Notes: a model not told the origin generated them from the letters alone. A stretch of 64,000 nucleotides of DNA from an uncultured Halobellus sp. (GCA_964538415.1 CAZIFX010000003.1:2073-66072); one strand, 5' to 3'; shown: positions 46,957-57,846, numbered from the stretch's first letter. Translations and numbers: made by a program.

Positions 46957-47430
46957 TCACGGCAGCTCGAAGACGATCCGATCGCCAGGCTCGACGTCGT
47001 TGTCGGCGCTCCAGCCCTTCGGCACCTCGAGGACGTACTTTCCTTGCCCCTCGTACGTCGTGAGCGGTCGGGACTCCGGTTCGGCCTCGTGGATCGTCGT
47101 CACCGTGCCGTCGGCGTCGACGAAGACGATGTCGATGGCGAAGGCCATGTCGCGCATGACGTAGCCGTACTCGCCCGGCTCGTCGTGGACGAACAGCATG
47201 CCCTCGTTCGGGCCGAGCTCCTCGGTCGCGGAGAGGCCGACGTAGCGTTTGAGAAAGCCATCGGCCACGCGAACCTCGGCGGTCGCGAGCGACTCGTCGG
47301 TGTCGCCGTCGACGGCTTCGACGGTCGTCGTGTCGTACCCCGCGATCAGCAGGGCGGGATGCATGTAGAGGGCGACTGCGAGGAGGAGCCCGACGGCGAG
47401 GCCGAAGAGCACGAGTGGACGGCGGGTCAC
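46957..47430 (-). CDS. DUF192 protein
   Basis: EGMLF, MRDMAFAIDIVF, YVLEV; N-terminal TM helix. Confidence 0.88.
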   Translation of the reverse strand: MTRRPLVLFGLAVGLLLAVALYMHPALLIAGYDTTTVEAVDGDTDESLATAEVRVADGFLKRYVGLSATEELGPNEGMLFVHDEPGEYGYVMRDMAFAIDIVFVDADGTVTTIHEAEPESRPLTTYEGQGKYVLEVPKGWSADNDVEPGDRIVFELP

Positions 47431-47491
47431 GGTTCCGATTCGCGGCGCGGAAGGAAACCCTTTTTCGCTCGCGGCGGGTTCGGTGGGGTGA

Positions 47492-47565
47492 GGGCTCGTG
47501 GTCTAGTTGGTTATGACGCGGCCTTTACAAGGCTGAGATCGGTGGTTCGACTCCGCCCGAGCCCA
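47492..47565 (+). tRNA. tRNA-Val (anticodon TAC)
   Basis: Acceptor GGGCTCG/CGAGCCC, anticodon arm CGGCC-TTTACAA-GGCTG, T-loop GTTCGACTC. Confidence 0.96.
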
Positions 47566-47617
47566 CTCCTGTGGCGAACCGAACGTGAGCGAGCATGGCG
47601 AGCGAACGGGAGCGACC

Positions 47618-47640
47618 GTGATTCGACTCCGCCGGAGCCC
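47618..47640 (+). repeat. Direct repeat of the tRNA-Val 3' end (att-like scar)
   Basis: 21/23 identity to 47542-47564. Confidence 0.7.
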
Positions 47641-47806
47641 GTTTCTGCCGGCGCGAGCGACGTCGTGAGCGGCGACGTGCGTGTTCGAGCGGATCGTACC
47701 CTAAGGTTGCAAGCAGCGCGGTGGATTCACGGGTCGACGGGAACCGTCGAACCCGGTTCATGCCGCGCGAACGGCTTCGTTCAGTTCACTTCGCGCGTGA
47801 CCGCGT

Positions 47807-48013
47807 TCACTCGGGGTTCGTCGAGGCATCGTATCCGGCGTCTTCGACGGCGGCGATCAGGTCGTCCAGCTCCGCCGTTCCTTCGACGGTTGCCGCGTTC
47901 GCGTTCCTGTCCGCCGAGGCGGCCGTGACGCCGGGGAGTTCAAGAAGCGCGTCCCTGACGGCCGCTTCACACCCTTCACAGCTCATCCCGTGGACTCCGA
48001 TCGATCGACTCAT
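47807..48013 (-). CDS. HMA-domain copper chaperone (CopZ-like)
   Basis: GMSCEGC; AVEDAGY. Confidence 0.9.
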   Translation of the reverse strand: MSRSIGVHGMSCEGCEAAVRDALLELPGVTAASADRNANAATVEGTAELDDLIAAVEDAGYDASTNPE

Positions 48014-48116
48014 ACGTTCGTATGGGGAGACGGTTACTTATCGGAATTTCGCTCACCGAATTGGCAAGCACGTGACCACCGGAGCTTTGCCGTATGTCTC
48101 GGGGGCGACGCGAGCC

Positions 48117-48268
48117 GTGTGGAACCGGCCGTCGACGAGACGCTTCCCGTCAGCAACGCGGTTCAACACGACTCGCCGAACTGCGACTGCTGTGACGAGT
48201 ACGCGACGTATCCCGAAGATCACCTCGAGGTCGACCTCTCGATCAGCGACCCCGAGACATCGAGTCCG
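48117..48268 (+). pseudogene. Possible fragment of a DUF411/CopG-like metal-binding protein
   Basis: Frame reads HDSPNCDCCDEYATY..HL; no own stop before the convergent HD gene. Confidence 0.35.
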
Positions 48269-49087
48269 TCAGAGTTCGATCCGTTCGACGAGCGAGTCGC
48301 CGTTCTCCTTGCTGTTGATCGCGACGATGTGGACGTCCTCCTCGAGCGTCGAGTCCGCGATCTTCGCTTTCAACAGCGAGTCGACCTGGTAGACGCCGGC
48401 GGCGTTGTTCATCGTGATCTCGACGAGGACGGCCGCGTCCTCGCCCTCGCGGAGTTCGACGCGCTCGATCGCCTGCGAGGAGATGGTGTTGATCCCGCGT
48501 CCGCCCTTCTCGTAGGGGACGCGCGAGCGGCCGCGCTCCATGTCGAGCCCGTCCGCGATACGGATCACGCCCGCCTCGCGCGTGAGCGGCTGTTCCTCGG
48601 TGTGATGACAGAGGATCGCGTGAAGCACTTCCGCCTTGACGCGGACCTGCTCGGGGACGTCGTAGAACTCGGGCAGGAACCGGTCGAGCACGTCGGCGGC
48701 GATGGGAATCGAGTAGTAGGAGTGGTCGTCGCGATGGACGACGTGGCCGACGTCGTGAAGCGTCGCGGCGAGCGCGATGATCACGGGTTCGTCCGCCTCG
48801 TCGAGGGTCTGCTGGAGGGCGCCGTTGAACTCGACGTCGCCGCGTTTCAACAGCTCGTAGAGCCTGAGCGCCCGGTCGCGAACGATCTCGATGTGTTTCG
48901 TCCCGTGGTCGTTGTATCCCTTCCGGGTGACGGCGTTCACGTTCTGTGCCTCAAGGTAGGTCGTGATCTCCGGGTCAGACCTGATCCGTTCGAGCACGGC
49001 GTTCAGCCGCTCGTCGGGGAACGAATGGTTCGCGTTCGGATCGTACTCGCGCCGTTCGACGTGGGCGTCGTCGGCAGCTTTCTTCAT
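48269..49087 (-). CDS. HD-domain phosphohydrolase
   Basis: YNDHG, LHDVGH, HAILCHH, IADGLD. Confidence 0.9.
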   Translation of the reverse strand: MKKAADDAHVERREYDPNANHSFPDERLNAVLERIRSDPEITTYLEAQNVNAVTRKGYNDHGTKHIEIVRDRALRLYELLKRGDVEFNGALQQTLDEADEPVIIALAATLHDVGHVVHRDDHSYYSIPIAADVLDRFLPEFYDVPEQVRVKAEVLHAILCHHTEEQPLTREAGVIRIADGLDMERGRSRVPYEKGGRGINTISSQAIERVELREGEDAAVLVEITMNNAAGVYQVDSLLKAKIADSTLEEDVHIVAINSKENGDSLVERIEL

Positions 49088-49222
49088 GGGTTCCGAAAGA
49101 CGCCGGGGTCGAATATAAGGCTGCGGCGTCGGCCGTGACGTTCCGATTCCCATCGAGCCGTTCCCTACCTGTTCCGTCGGCTTCCCGCCGACCCGTCCCC
49201 GCCCGGCCCTCACCGCTTCCGA

Positions 49223-50359
49223 TCACTTCATCCCGTCTTCGAAGAGCGCGCCGAGATAGGCGTGCGCGAAGACGGCGTAATAGACCGTGGAGAGGACGAC
49301 ATCGAACAGCAGCCGGACCGGTCCGGCCGTCGAGAGGCCGAGCGACCGAAGGGGAACGGTCGTCCCCCGAAGGGTGACCGAGAGAACGACCGGTCGCGAC
49401 GGGTCGCCGAAGCGAGCGTCGAGCAGGGCGGTCACGGCGAACAGCGCGAGGAGTCCGCCGGTGAGAGCGATCGCCTTCCCACGGTGGACGGCGGTGAGTC
49501 GCCAGCTCGCACGCAATCCCTCCAGGGGACCGTACCCGCCGACGAAACACGCTTCGGGCAGGAAACAGCTCTTGACGAGGACGGCAAGGAGGACCGCCAC
49601 CGTACAGACGAGAAGCGCGACGTCCGCCGGTGACGTGAACTCGGCGAGTCCGAGCGTGGTGAACACGCTGCTCGTCGCGGGCGACGCGACGGCGGTGGCA
49701 ACCACCACGATGCAGATGAGCGCGGCGGTGAGAAACGCCCCGCCGACCAGCGTCGCCGGAAGACGCCGCGTGACGACCGCGACGCGCCGGAGCCGACCGA
49801 GCGTCGTCCCGGCGTCGGCTGACCGCGTCCCGTCCGTCGAGACGGATTCGAGGCTCCCGGAGCGGTCAAGTCGGCCGGCGCGATCGGGATGGTCGGAGCG
49901 GTCGGGATGGTCGGCGCGATCGGAACGGGCGGTTTCGGCGGCGACGAGCCCGACGTAGCCGCGACCGAACACGACGCCGAGAAAACCCACGACCGCGGCC
50001 GGGACGGCACCGACCGTGCGGTCGAGCGCGATCGCGACGATCCCGACGACCAGGAACGCGAGCAGCAACGAGGGATGACGCCGCACGATGCCGACGCTCC
50101 GGACGACGGCGTCCGCGGCCGACCGCCGAGCGACGTCGTAGTCGACGCGCTGACACCTGACGCAGCCGCAACCGTCGACGTCGTCGCGGTGCCGGAGCGT
50201 CGGGACGTCGGGGATTCGCGAAACGGTTGCGGTCGCATCCGATTCGGCCTGCGGTGAACCCCCCGGAAGCGTCTCGGGGGACCCTCCCTCATGCGCCACG
50301 GTCGCCTCGGGGGACGTCCCGTCGTGTGTCACGGTCGTCTCGGGGTCCTTTCGAGTCAC
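49223..50359 (-). CDS. Hypothetical multi-pass membrane protein
   Basis: Several hydrophobic helices; LRASWRL; short internal repeats; start uncertain. Confidence 0.6.
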   Translation of the reverse strand: MTRKDPETTVTHDGTSPEATVAHEGGSPETLPGGSPQAESDATATVSRIPDVPTLRHRDDVDGCGCVRCQRVDYDVARRSAADAVVRSVGIVRRHPSLLLAFLVVGIVAIALDRTVGAVPAAVVGFLGVVFGRGYVGLVAAETARSDRADHPDRSDHPDRAGRLDRSGSLESVSTDGTRSADAGTTLGRLRRVAVVTRRLPATLVGGAFLTAALICIVVVATAVASPATSSVFTTLGLAEFTSPADVALLVCTVAVLLAVLVKSCFLPEACFVGGYGPLEGLRASWRLTAVHRGKAIALTGGLLALFAVTALLDARFGDPSRPVVLSVTLRGTTVPLRSLGLSTAGPVRLLFDVVLSTVYYAVFAHAYLGALFEDGMK

Positions 50360-50531
50360 GGGTGGAGGGGCGATCGACGATGTTCGGAATCGTCGGTCTT
50401 CGCTTTTTCGGTATCGACCACCTCGGGCGTCTCAGCGACGGTTCACGGAGCCCGTCGGTCGTGACAGCCCCGTCGTCGTGAGGTAGGACGCGACCCCAGC
50501 CGTTTAGGTCTGCGGTGGCATGTGTCCGCGC

Positions 50532-51845
50532 ATGGATATCAACGTCGTCGGTAGCGGCTACGTCGGGACGACGCTCGCGGCGTGTCTCGCCGACCTCGGT
50601 CACGACGTCACCGCGGTCGACATCGACGAGGCGGTCGTCGAGAGCCTGAACGACGGTCGCGCGCCGCTGTATGAGCCCGGACTCGACGAGTTGCTCACGG
50701 CACACGTCGGCGAACGGCTGCGCGCGACGACCTCGTATGCCGACCTCGCGGACGCGGACGTGACCTTCCTCGCGATCGGGACGCCCTCGCAGCCGGACGG
50801 CTCGATCGACGTCACGGCGCTTTCGGCCGCGGCCCGATCCGTCGGCGAGGCGCTCGCCGGGTCGCCGTCGACCGACGGCCATCTCGTCGTGGTGAAATCG
50901 ACGGTTACCCCACCCGATCTCGAACCGGTCCGGGACGCGCTTCGAGCCGGGCTCGATGTCGGCTCCGAGGCGGGAGCCGGAGACGCGGGCGACGTCGAGT
51001 TCGCGACGAATCCGGAGTTTCTCAGGGAGGGAACCGCCGTCGCGGATTTCACCGACCCCGACAAGATCGTCTTCGGTACCGAGTCCGACCGAGCACTGAC
51101 GACGCTGGATGAACTGTACGCCCCGCTGATCGAGTCGTCCGGGAGTCCGGTCGTCCGGACCGACCCCGAGACGGCGATGATGATCAAGTACGCCAACAAC
51201 GCGGCGCTCGCGGCGAAGATCTCGCTGGCGAACGACCTCGGCAACGTCTGTAAGGAGTTCGGGCTGGACGCCTACGAGGTGATGGAGGCGGTCGGGCTCG
51301 ACGACCGGATCGGCGAGCAGTTCCTGCGTTCGGGGATCGGCTGGGGGGGAAGTTGTTTCCCCAAGGACGTCGACGCCATCCGGGCAGCCGCCCGGAAGGT
51401 GGACTACGACCCGCCGCTGTTGCGCGCGACCGTCGAGGTGAACGACGCCCAGCCCGAGCGGCTGTTGGCGCTGCTCGACGAACACGTGGACGTCGAGGGA
51501 CGGCGGGTCGCCGTGCTCGGGTTGGCGTTCAAGCCGGGCACCGACGACGTCCGCAACTCGCGGGCGATCCCCGTGATCGAGGGGCTGATCGAGCGGGGCG
51601 CGACGGTCGTCGGGTACGATCCGGTCGCGATCGAGACGATGCGCGAGCGATTCCCCGACGTCGAGTACGCGTCCGACGCAGCGAGCGCACTCGAGGGCGC
51701 GGCTGCCGCCGCGGTCGTCACGGACTGGGACGAGTTCGCCGCGCTCGACGACGAGTTCGACGCGATGGTCGAGCCGGTGGTCGTCGACGGGCGTCGGATC
51801 ATCGATCGGCGGGAGGGCATCGTTTACGAGGGACTCACGTGGTAG
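50532..51845 (+). CDS. aglM: UDP-glucose 6-dehydrogenase
   Basis: [38 protein letters not shown]. Confidence 0.93.
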   Translation: MDINVVGSGYVGTTLAACLADLGHDVTAVDIDEAVVESLNDGRAPLYEPGLDELLTAHVGERLRATTSYADLADADVTFLAIGTPSQPDGSIDVTALSAAARSVGEALAGSPSTDGHLVVVKSTVTPPDLEPVRDALRAGLDVGSEAGAGDAGDVEFATNPEFLREGTAVADFTDPDKIVFGTESDRALTTLDELYAPLIESSGSPVVRTDPETAMMIKYANNAALAAKISLANDLGNVCKEFGLDAYEVMEAVGLDDRIGEQFLRSGIGWGGSCFPKDVDAIRAAARKVDYDPPLLRATVEVNDAQPERLLALLDEHVDVEGRRVAVLGLAFKPGTDDVRNSRAIPVIEGLIERGATVVGYDPVAIETMRERFPDVEYASDAASALEGAAAAAVVTDWDEFAALDDEFDAMVEPVVVDGRRIIDRREGIVYEGLTW

Positions 51846-51878
51846 GAATCACCTCTCGCGGGCGGTGAAAGGGACGTT

Positions 51879-52919
51879 TCAGAGGGCTTCCAGTCGGACG
51901 AGGTCGGCCTCCACGTCCTCGACGAACGCGCCTGGGCCGCCGACGGAGACCCGCCCGTCCTCGGTCTCGACGACGAGCGAGTGCTGGACCGGGAACTCGT
52001 TGCTCGCGGGCTCGACCATCCCTTGGTCGACGTCGACGACCTCGCCGGTCAGTTCGACGGGTGCATCGTCGTCGGCGATCCGGCCACCGACGGTCGCCCG
52101 AAGGGGCGTTCCGGCACGGAGATGCAGCGTCGTCTGGAGGACCGCCTTCCGGAAGTCGTCGTACTCCGCCGGCAACGGCTCGGGGTCGGCGATGGCGACC
52201 TCCTCGGCCGCCGGCCAGTAGTTGCCGAGAAAGGAGCCGGAGATGACGGGGGCGAGCTGCTCCTGTGCGAAGACGATCGCCTGCCGGTCGGAGTCGGCCC
52301 GGCGGACCATCTCCGGCGGCGCGACCACGCCGACCGCCGAGTCGACGGTGAGCAGGGTGGGCATGCCGGCGCTCCACGAGCGGGCGACGCTCGCGATGCC
52401 CGCGACGTCGGGGGTCGAGCCGGCGTCCGAGACGATGAGAAGCACGAGCACCCCTCTGTCGACCGCGTCCGCGAGCGCGTCACGGAGATCGGGGAGGTGG
52501 GCCGCCGGAATCGAGAGGATCACCTCCCGTTCCGCGTTCGCGACCAGCGACCGGATCCGTTTGAGCACCGTCGCGCGGGATTTGACCACCTCGAACTGCT
52601 CGGTACGGCGCTCGGCGCGGGAGTAGCGCTCGGTGAGCCCGGGGCGGATCGACTCGACGTCCCCTCGAAGCCGCTCTATGACCTCCTCGGGCGGATTGGC
52701 GCGGATCGTCGTGGGCACGGCATGGTCGTTCACCTCGACGAAGCCGCGGTCGGCAAGCGACTCACTGACGCTGTAGACGTAGCGTTTCGAGACGCCCGCG
52801 TCCTCGGCGACCGTGCTGGCTTTCGCCTCGCCGTGTTCGAGAACGGTGAGATAAGTGGCGACCTCCTTCTCGGAGAGCCCGAAACGACGGAGAAGGTCGG
52901 TGAGCGTCCGTTCGTCCAT
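51879..52919 (-). CDS. trmB: TrmB-family sugar-sensing regulator
   Basis: FGLSEKE..TYL wHTH; C-terminal VGGPGAFVED sugar-binding motif. Confidence 0.9.
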   Translation of the reverse strand: MDERTLTDLLRRFGLSEKEVATYLTVLEHGEAKASTVAEDAGVSKRYVYSVSESLADRGFVEVNDHAVPTTIRANPPEEVIERLRGDVESIRPGLTERYSRAERRTEQFEVVKSRATVLKRIRSLVANAEREVILSIPAAHLPDLRDALADAVDRGVLVLLIVSDAGSTPDVAGIASVARSWSAGMPTLLTVDSAVGVVAPPEMVRRADSDRQAIVFAQEQLAPVISGSFLGNYWPAAEEVAIADPEPLPAEYDDFRKAVLQTTLHLRAGTPLRATVGGRIADDDAPVELTGEVVDVDQGMVEPASNEFPVQHSLVVETEDGRVSVGGPGAFVEDVEADLVRLEAL

Positions 52920-52960
52920 TGGCGAAACGGTGCGTTCCCGGGGTTAAATAGGTGTGCGAG

Positions 52961-55336
52961 TCACTGCCGGGAGAGGACCGCGACCGTCTCGACTTCCAGC
53001 CGTCCGTCGTGCGGATCGACGCCGGCGAAACGGTCGCTCGCGCCGGCGAACGCGGTCGGAAGGCCGACCGTGGCGGGTTCGTCGTCGAAGTTGACGACGA
53101 CGAGAAGCGCGTCGGACCCGCCGTGTTCCGCGTCCTCGCTCACGTCGCCGCCGGACCCGTCGTCCTCGCTCGGGGCGTCAGCTTCGTTCGTCGTCTCCCG
53201 CGTGTACGAGACCACGCGGTCGGCGTCGCCGGCGGCGATCGTCACGTCCGCGGCCGCGCCGTCGAACGAGACCGATCCCTCCCGGAGCAACGGTTCGGCG
53301 CCCCGCAGCGCGGCGAGGGCGCGGTAGTAGTCGGTGAGCGCGTTGTCGCCGTCGTGCCACCGAACGGGCCCACGGTACGTCTCGTTGCCGCGCTCCTGTC
53401 CCGCGTAGATCATCGGTGCACCCGGGAGCGTGAACGTCACCGCGGCGGCCGCACGCTGGGCGGGCTCGCCGTACTCGGCGAGGTATCGGTCCTCGTCGTG
53501 GTTCTCGACGTAGCGCATCTGGTCGAATCCGCCCGGCTCGAAGCCGATCCAGGTGGCTCGATCGAGCGCGTCGGCGACGTGGTCGGCGGGCGCTTCGCCC
53601 GCGCCCACGGCCTTCAGCGCGTGATACAGCGAGGTGTCGTAGTGGAACCCGAACTCCCCCTCGCCGTAGAACGGGTCGTGGGGGATCGTCTCGTCCAACA
53701 GCAGGAAGTCGTCGGGGGTGCGGTCGGCGACCGCCTTCCAGAAGCCGTGCGGGATCCCCCACGCCACGTCACACCGGAAGCCGTCGACGACGGCGGCCCA
53801 CTCGTCGACGACGTCGAGCAACCACGAGCGCACCTCGGGAGCGTCGAAGTTCAGGTTGGGGATGCGCCGCCAGTTGAAGTAGTACTCCGGCATGTCGCCG
53901 GGCCCCAACTCGGCCCAGTCGGTGTCGGTGACGTCGAACTCGCCGGACGCGCGACGGTAGTGGTCGCGGTAGGCGTCGACGCCTGCTGAGTGCATCTGGA
54001 AGCACGGGTGATCCCGCGAGGTGTGGTTGATCACGAGGTCGAAGACGACCCGGATCCCCGCTCCGTGGCAGGCGTCGACCAGCGACTCGAACTCCCCGCG
54101 CGTGCCGAGGTCCGCGGCGGTCTCGAAGAAGTCGGTGACGTGGTAGCCGTGTTCGGTCGGCGAGGCGAGCACGGGCGTGAGCCAGAGGACGTCGACGCCG
54201 AGGCTCTCGACGTAGGGGATGCGTCGTTCGATCTCCGTGAACGTGGTCGGAAGCGTGTCGCCGGCGAACGACCGAACGTACACCTCGTATATCGTCGGCG
54301 ACTCGGCCCACTCCGGTCTCGTGTGCGGATCGACGGCGACGAGGTCGGCTGCAGTGGCGTCGACGGACGGGTCGGCGATCGAGTCGACGGACGGGCCGGC
54401 GGTGGCGCCGACGGAGTCCGTCGCTCCGTCCGGAGCGCGTTCGATCCGCACCGTCTCCGCCGCGCCGAGACGCTCGGCGTGCGGGACGGCGTGGATCCGG
54501 AGTCCGTCGCCGTCTTCGGGGAGCATCGAACGCGGGACGACCAACTCGTCACCCGCGGTGCACGCTTCCAGCTCCGTGACCGTCTCCGGGCCGGCGTCGC
54601 GGTCGTCGACGAGGAACGTCACGTCGCCGGCGGCGGATGCTCCACCGGACCCCTCACCCGCGGCCGTCGCGTCCACGGAAGCAGGATCCGGCGGCAGCCC
54701 GACGGTCGCCGTCAGACGGACGGCGTCGTCCTCGACGCACGCGTCCAGCCAGCAGTGCGGCCGGCCCGCCCCCTCGACCTCGTGGACCGCCCCGTGAGGG
54801 TTGGCGATCAGGTCGTCGTTGGCGACGAAGCTGAATCGGTGTCGCCCCGGCGACAGACGCGTCTCCCACGCCCAGTCGTCGCCCCGGCGCTCCGGTCGGT
54901 CGCGTGCCAGCAGACGCTCGTTGAACGCCGCCATCACGGAGACGTCCTCGACCTCGTCGTCGGGCAGCGGAAGGTCGGCCGCCGGCACCCGGATCGTCGT
55001 CCGAACGCGTTCGTCAGGGAAGGCTCGAACCCGCTGGCGGTGGGTTCCGTCGGGCGCGTCGAGTTCGAGGACGTACTCGCCGGGGACGTCCGGACGGAGG
55101 TGGACGACGGGATGATCCTCCCGAGAGTTCTCGCCCGCTCGAAGGACCGGCCCACCCTCGTCCGTGGCGGCCGTTTCACCCTCGTCCGTGGCGGGTGTCG
55201 CACCCGCCTCCGCGCCGCTGTCGGCCGGAGCGGCCGTCAGGATCCACTCGTAGGTTCCGGTGGGATCCGGCGATCGGGGAGCCAGCTCGACCGAGTCGCC
55301 GACGGTCGTCGTGCGTGGCGGGCCGGGTTCGTGCAT
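52961..55336 (-). CDS. GH13 alpha-amylase-family protein (haloarchaeal MalA-like)
   Basis: Real start MHEPGPPR at 55336; HGY, DLVINH, GFRCDVA, DETI, ENHD, YAGQE. Confidence 0.92.
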   Translation of the reverse strand: MHEPGPPRTTTVGDSVELAPRSPDPTGTYEWILTAAPADSGAEAGATPATDEGETAATDEGGPVLRAGENSREDHPVVHLRPDVPGEYVLELDAPDGTHRQRVRAFPDERVRTTIRVPAADLPLPDDEVEDVSVMAAFNERLLARDRPERRGDDWAWETRLSPGRHRFSFVANDDLIANPHGAVHEVEGAGRPHCWLDACVEDDAVRLTATVGLPPDPASVDATAAGEGSGGASAAGDVTFLVDDRDAGPETVTELEACTAGDELVVPRSMLPEDGDGLRIHAVPHAERLGAAETVRIERAPDGATDSVGATAGPSVDSIADPSVDATAADLVAVDPHTRPEWAESPTIYEVYVRSFAGDTLPTTFTEIERRIPYVESLGVDVLWLTPVLASPTEHGYHVTDFFETAADLGTRGEFESLVDACHGAGIRVVFDLVINHTSRDHPCFQMHSAGVDAYRDHYRRASGEFDVTDTDWAELGPGDMPEYYFNWRRIPNLNFDAPEVRSWLLDVVDEWAAVVDGFRCDVAWGIPHGFWKAVADRTPDDFLLLDETIPHDPFYGEGEFGFHYDTSLYHALKAVGAGEAPADHVADALDRATWIGFEPGGFDQMRYVENHDEDRYLAEYGEPAQRAAAAVTFTLPGAPMIYAGQERGNETYRGPVRWHDGDNALTDYYRALAALRGAEPLLREGSVSFDGAAADVTIAAGDADRVVSYTRETTNEADAPSEDDGSGGDVSEDAEHGGSDALLVVVNFDDEPATVGLPTAFAGASDRFAGVDPHDGRLEVETVAVLSRQ

Positions 55337-55377
55337 GCTTCGGAATCCGGCGTGGCCGGTTTGAGCGTTGCGTTCCG

Positions 55378-56445
55378 TCAGTCCGCGGGCTCGATCGCAC
55401 GGTGGAACGGCGTCCGCGATATCGTCTCCCGGAGCTCCGCGAGCGAGTCGCGGCTGGCCTCGCCGGCGACGGACATCACGGCGAACACCTCCTGTCTGGA
55501 GATCTTCACGCCGGCCTCGGTAAGCGCGTCCTCCGGCCGCGACCGCAGTTCGCGAAGCGTGCCGACCGCGAGCAGGTACGGAACCGACCACGCCGCGAGC
55601 GTGTTGCCGTTCGAGAGCGGCATCGTCTCCAAGTACGCCTGCGCATCGTCGAGGAAGGATCGGGCGTGGTCCGCGGTGCGGTCGACGACCCGTGCGGACG
55701 ACTCGCGGTTCTCGGGCGCGATGATATCCTCCTGGTCGACGCCCTCGGCCGCCAGCCACTCCGCGGGCAGGTAGACGTTGTTCTCCTCGGTGTAGTCGTC
55801 GTAGACGTCCTTCGAGACGTTGACGAGTTGTAAGAGGAGACCGAACTCCTCGGCGGTGCCGCGCAGCCGCTCCGCGCGCTCCTCCGTGAGATCCCCTCGC
55901 GTCAGCAGGTTCGTTATCAGGTTGCCGACCGTTCCGGCGGCGTAATAGCAGTACTGCTCCAGCTCGTCGCGGTCGTCGATACGGAGTCCCCCCTCGTCGG
56001 CGTGCCGGTCGACGAACATCGCCATCCCGTCGACCATCTCGACCACGGGCGGGACGATGGCGGCCTGTGCCTCGGCATCCAGCTCCTCGAAGGTCGCGAC
56101 GATCGTCGGCGCCTCGGCGACGACCCGCCAGTCGTCGTTGCGCGCCTCGGGTGCGGGGAGCCACTCGTCGACCTCGGTGCGGAAGCGGCGGATGTCGACG
56201 TCCTCGTCGGGGTCGATCGCACGCATGTACGTCCGCAGGACGTCGCTCTGTGCATCGGGAGGGATGTGTCCGGCGTCCTCGACGGTGTCCGCGACGCGAC
56301 AGAGGAGATACCCCAGACAGATCTGCGAGGCCATCGGCTCGTCCAACACGTCGACGGTCAACGCGAAGGTCCGGGACACCCCCTGGACCGCCTCGTGACA
56401 CCAATCGAGGTCCGGCTCGGCGGCGCCATGTGCTCGTCCGCTCAT
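55378..56445 (-). CDS. Squalene/phytoene synthase family protein
   Basis: VSRTF, YLLCRVADTVED, YCYYAAGTVG, LQLVNVSKD, VYLP. Confidence 0.92.
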   Translation of the reverse strand: MSGRAHGAAEPDLDWCHEAVQGVSRTFALTVDVLDEPMASQICLGYLLCRVADTVEDAGHIPPDAQSDVLRTYMRAIDPDEDVDIRRFRTEVDEWLPAPEARNDDWRVVAEAPTIVATFEELDAEAQAAIVPPVVEMVDGMAMFVDRHADEGGLRIDDRDELEQYCYYAAGTVGNLITNLLTRGDLTEERAERLRGTAEEFGLLLQLVNVSKDVYDDYTEENNVYLPAEWLAAEGVDQEDIIAPENRESSARVVDRTADHARSFLDDAQAYLETMPLSNGNTLAAWSVPYLLAVGTLRELRSRPEDALTEAGVKISRQEVFAVMSVAGEASRDSLAELRETISRTPFHRAIEPAD

Positions 56446-56644
56446 TCGGATATGGGTTCTTACGCCACGGACCATAAAAAAGCCTCGCGGGACGGATGCA
56501 CACGGCGTTCCCGCCGTGAACGGGCCGTGGTCCCGCCGCTCGTCGGAAAACTGCCGGACTCCGTGGTTCCGTCGCCCCCAAAACGACTCGTGTGTGGTCG
56601 ATCGTGTGGAAACCGATAAGGCCGACCGGCGGGAGGGACCCTCC

Positions 56645-57844
56645 ATGGAGTTCACGCTCACGGCCGAGCAACGGACGATCCGTGACACGGTCGCGACGTT
56701 CGTCGACGAGGAGGTCGTGCCCCGCGCGGCCGGGATCGACGAGACGGACGAGTTCCCCGCGGACCTGATCGACGAGATGGCCGACCTCGGGCTCATGGGA
56801 ATGCCCTTCCCGGAGGAGTACGGCGGCGCGGGTGTGGATCACCACGCGTACGCGCTCGCGCTGGCGGAGATCGCCCGCGGCTCGGGCGGACTCGGGACGA
56901 TCGTCGCCGCCCACACCTCGCTCGCGGGCAACATGGTGTACGCCTTCGGCGACGAACGCCAGAAGGAAACCTATCTCACGCCGTTGAACGAGGGCGACGA
57001 CGTCGGCGCGTTCGCTCTCTCGGAGGCGGCTGCGGGCTCGGACGTCACCGCGATGACGACGACCGCCGAGCGTAGCTCGGCCACCGAGCACACCCTGGCC
57101 ACCGAGCGCACCCCAGCCGCCGAGCGCGACGGCGACGGCTACGTCCTCTCGGGCGGAAAGCTCTGGACGTCGAACGGCTCCGTCGCCGACACCGTGATCG
57201 TCTTCGCGAAGACGGACCCCGACGCGGGCCGGAAGGGGATCTCCGCGTTCGTCGTTCGGCCCGAAGTCGACGACGGCTTCGTCGTCGAGGGGACCGAACA
57301 GAAATTGGGTGACAAGGGCTGTCCGACCGCGGAGCTGCGCTTCGACGACCTGTGGCTGCCGGCTACCCGGCTGCTCGGCGAGGAGGGTGACGGCTTCGTG
57401 CAGGCGTTGAAGACGCTCAACGGCGGGCGGATCACCATCGCGGCGCGTTCAGTCGGCATCGCTCGCGCCGCCCTGGAGGCCGCGACCGAGTATGCACAGG
57501 AGCGCGAGCAGTTCGGCGGGCCGATCTCCGACTTTCAGGCGATCCAACACAAGCTCGCGGACATGGACACGAAAGTGCAGGCGGCGACGCTGCTCATGCA
57601 CAAGGCGGCCGACCTGAAGGAGCGCGACGAGCAGTTCATCAAGGAGGCCGCACAGGCGAAGCTGTACGCCTCGGAGATCTCCCGGGAGGTCGCCAACGAG
57701 GGGATCCAGATCCACGGCGGCTACGGCTACACGACTGACTTCCCGGCCGAGCGGTTCTATCGGGATGCGAAGCTCTCGGAGCTCTACGAGGGGACGAGCG
57801 AGGTCCTCCGAAACACGATCGCTCGGCAACTGCTCGAGGAGTGA
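56645..57844 (+). CDS. Acyl-CoA dehydrogenase
   Basis: ALSEAAAGSD, GGKLWTSNG, REQFG, QIHGGYGY, YEGTSE; in-frame 18-bp repeat insertion at ~57063-57127. Confidence 0.93.
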   Translation: MEFTLTAEQRTIRDTVATFVDEEVVPRAAGIDETDEFPADLIDEMADLGLMGMPFPEEYGGAGVDHHAYALALAEIARGSGGLGTIVAAHTSLAGNMVYAFGDERQKETYLTPLNEGDDVGAFALSEAAAGSDVTAMTTTAERSSATEHTLATERTPAAERDGDGYVLSGGKLWTSNGSVADTVIVFAKTDPDAGRKGISAFVVRPEVDDGFVVEGTEQKLGDKGCPTAELRFDDLWLPATRLLGEEGDGFVQALKTLNGGRITIAARSVGIARAALEAATEYAQEREQFGGPISDFQAIQHKLADMDTKVQAATLLMHKAADLKERDEQFIKEAAQAKLYASEISREVANEGIQIHGGYGYTTDFPAERFYRDAKLSELYEGTSEVLRNTIARQLLEE

Positions 57845-57846
57845 GG

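Noticed and set aside
52961-57091. 1376-aa giant ORF
   Set aside because: The first 585 codons are an Arg/Gly-rich off-frame overlay of the squalene synthase and acyl-CoA dehydrogenase genes; the real amylase starts at 55336.
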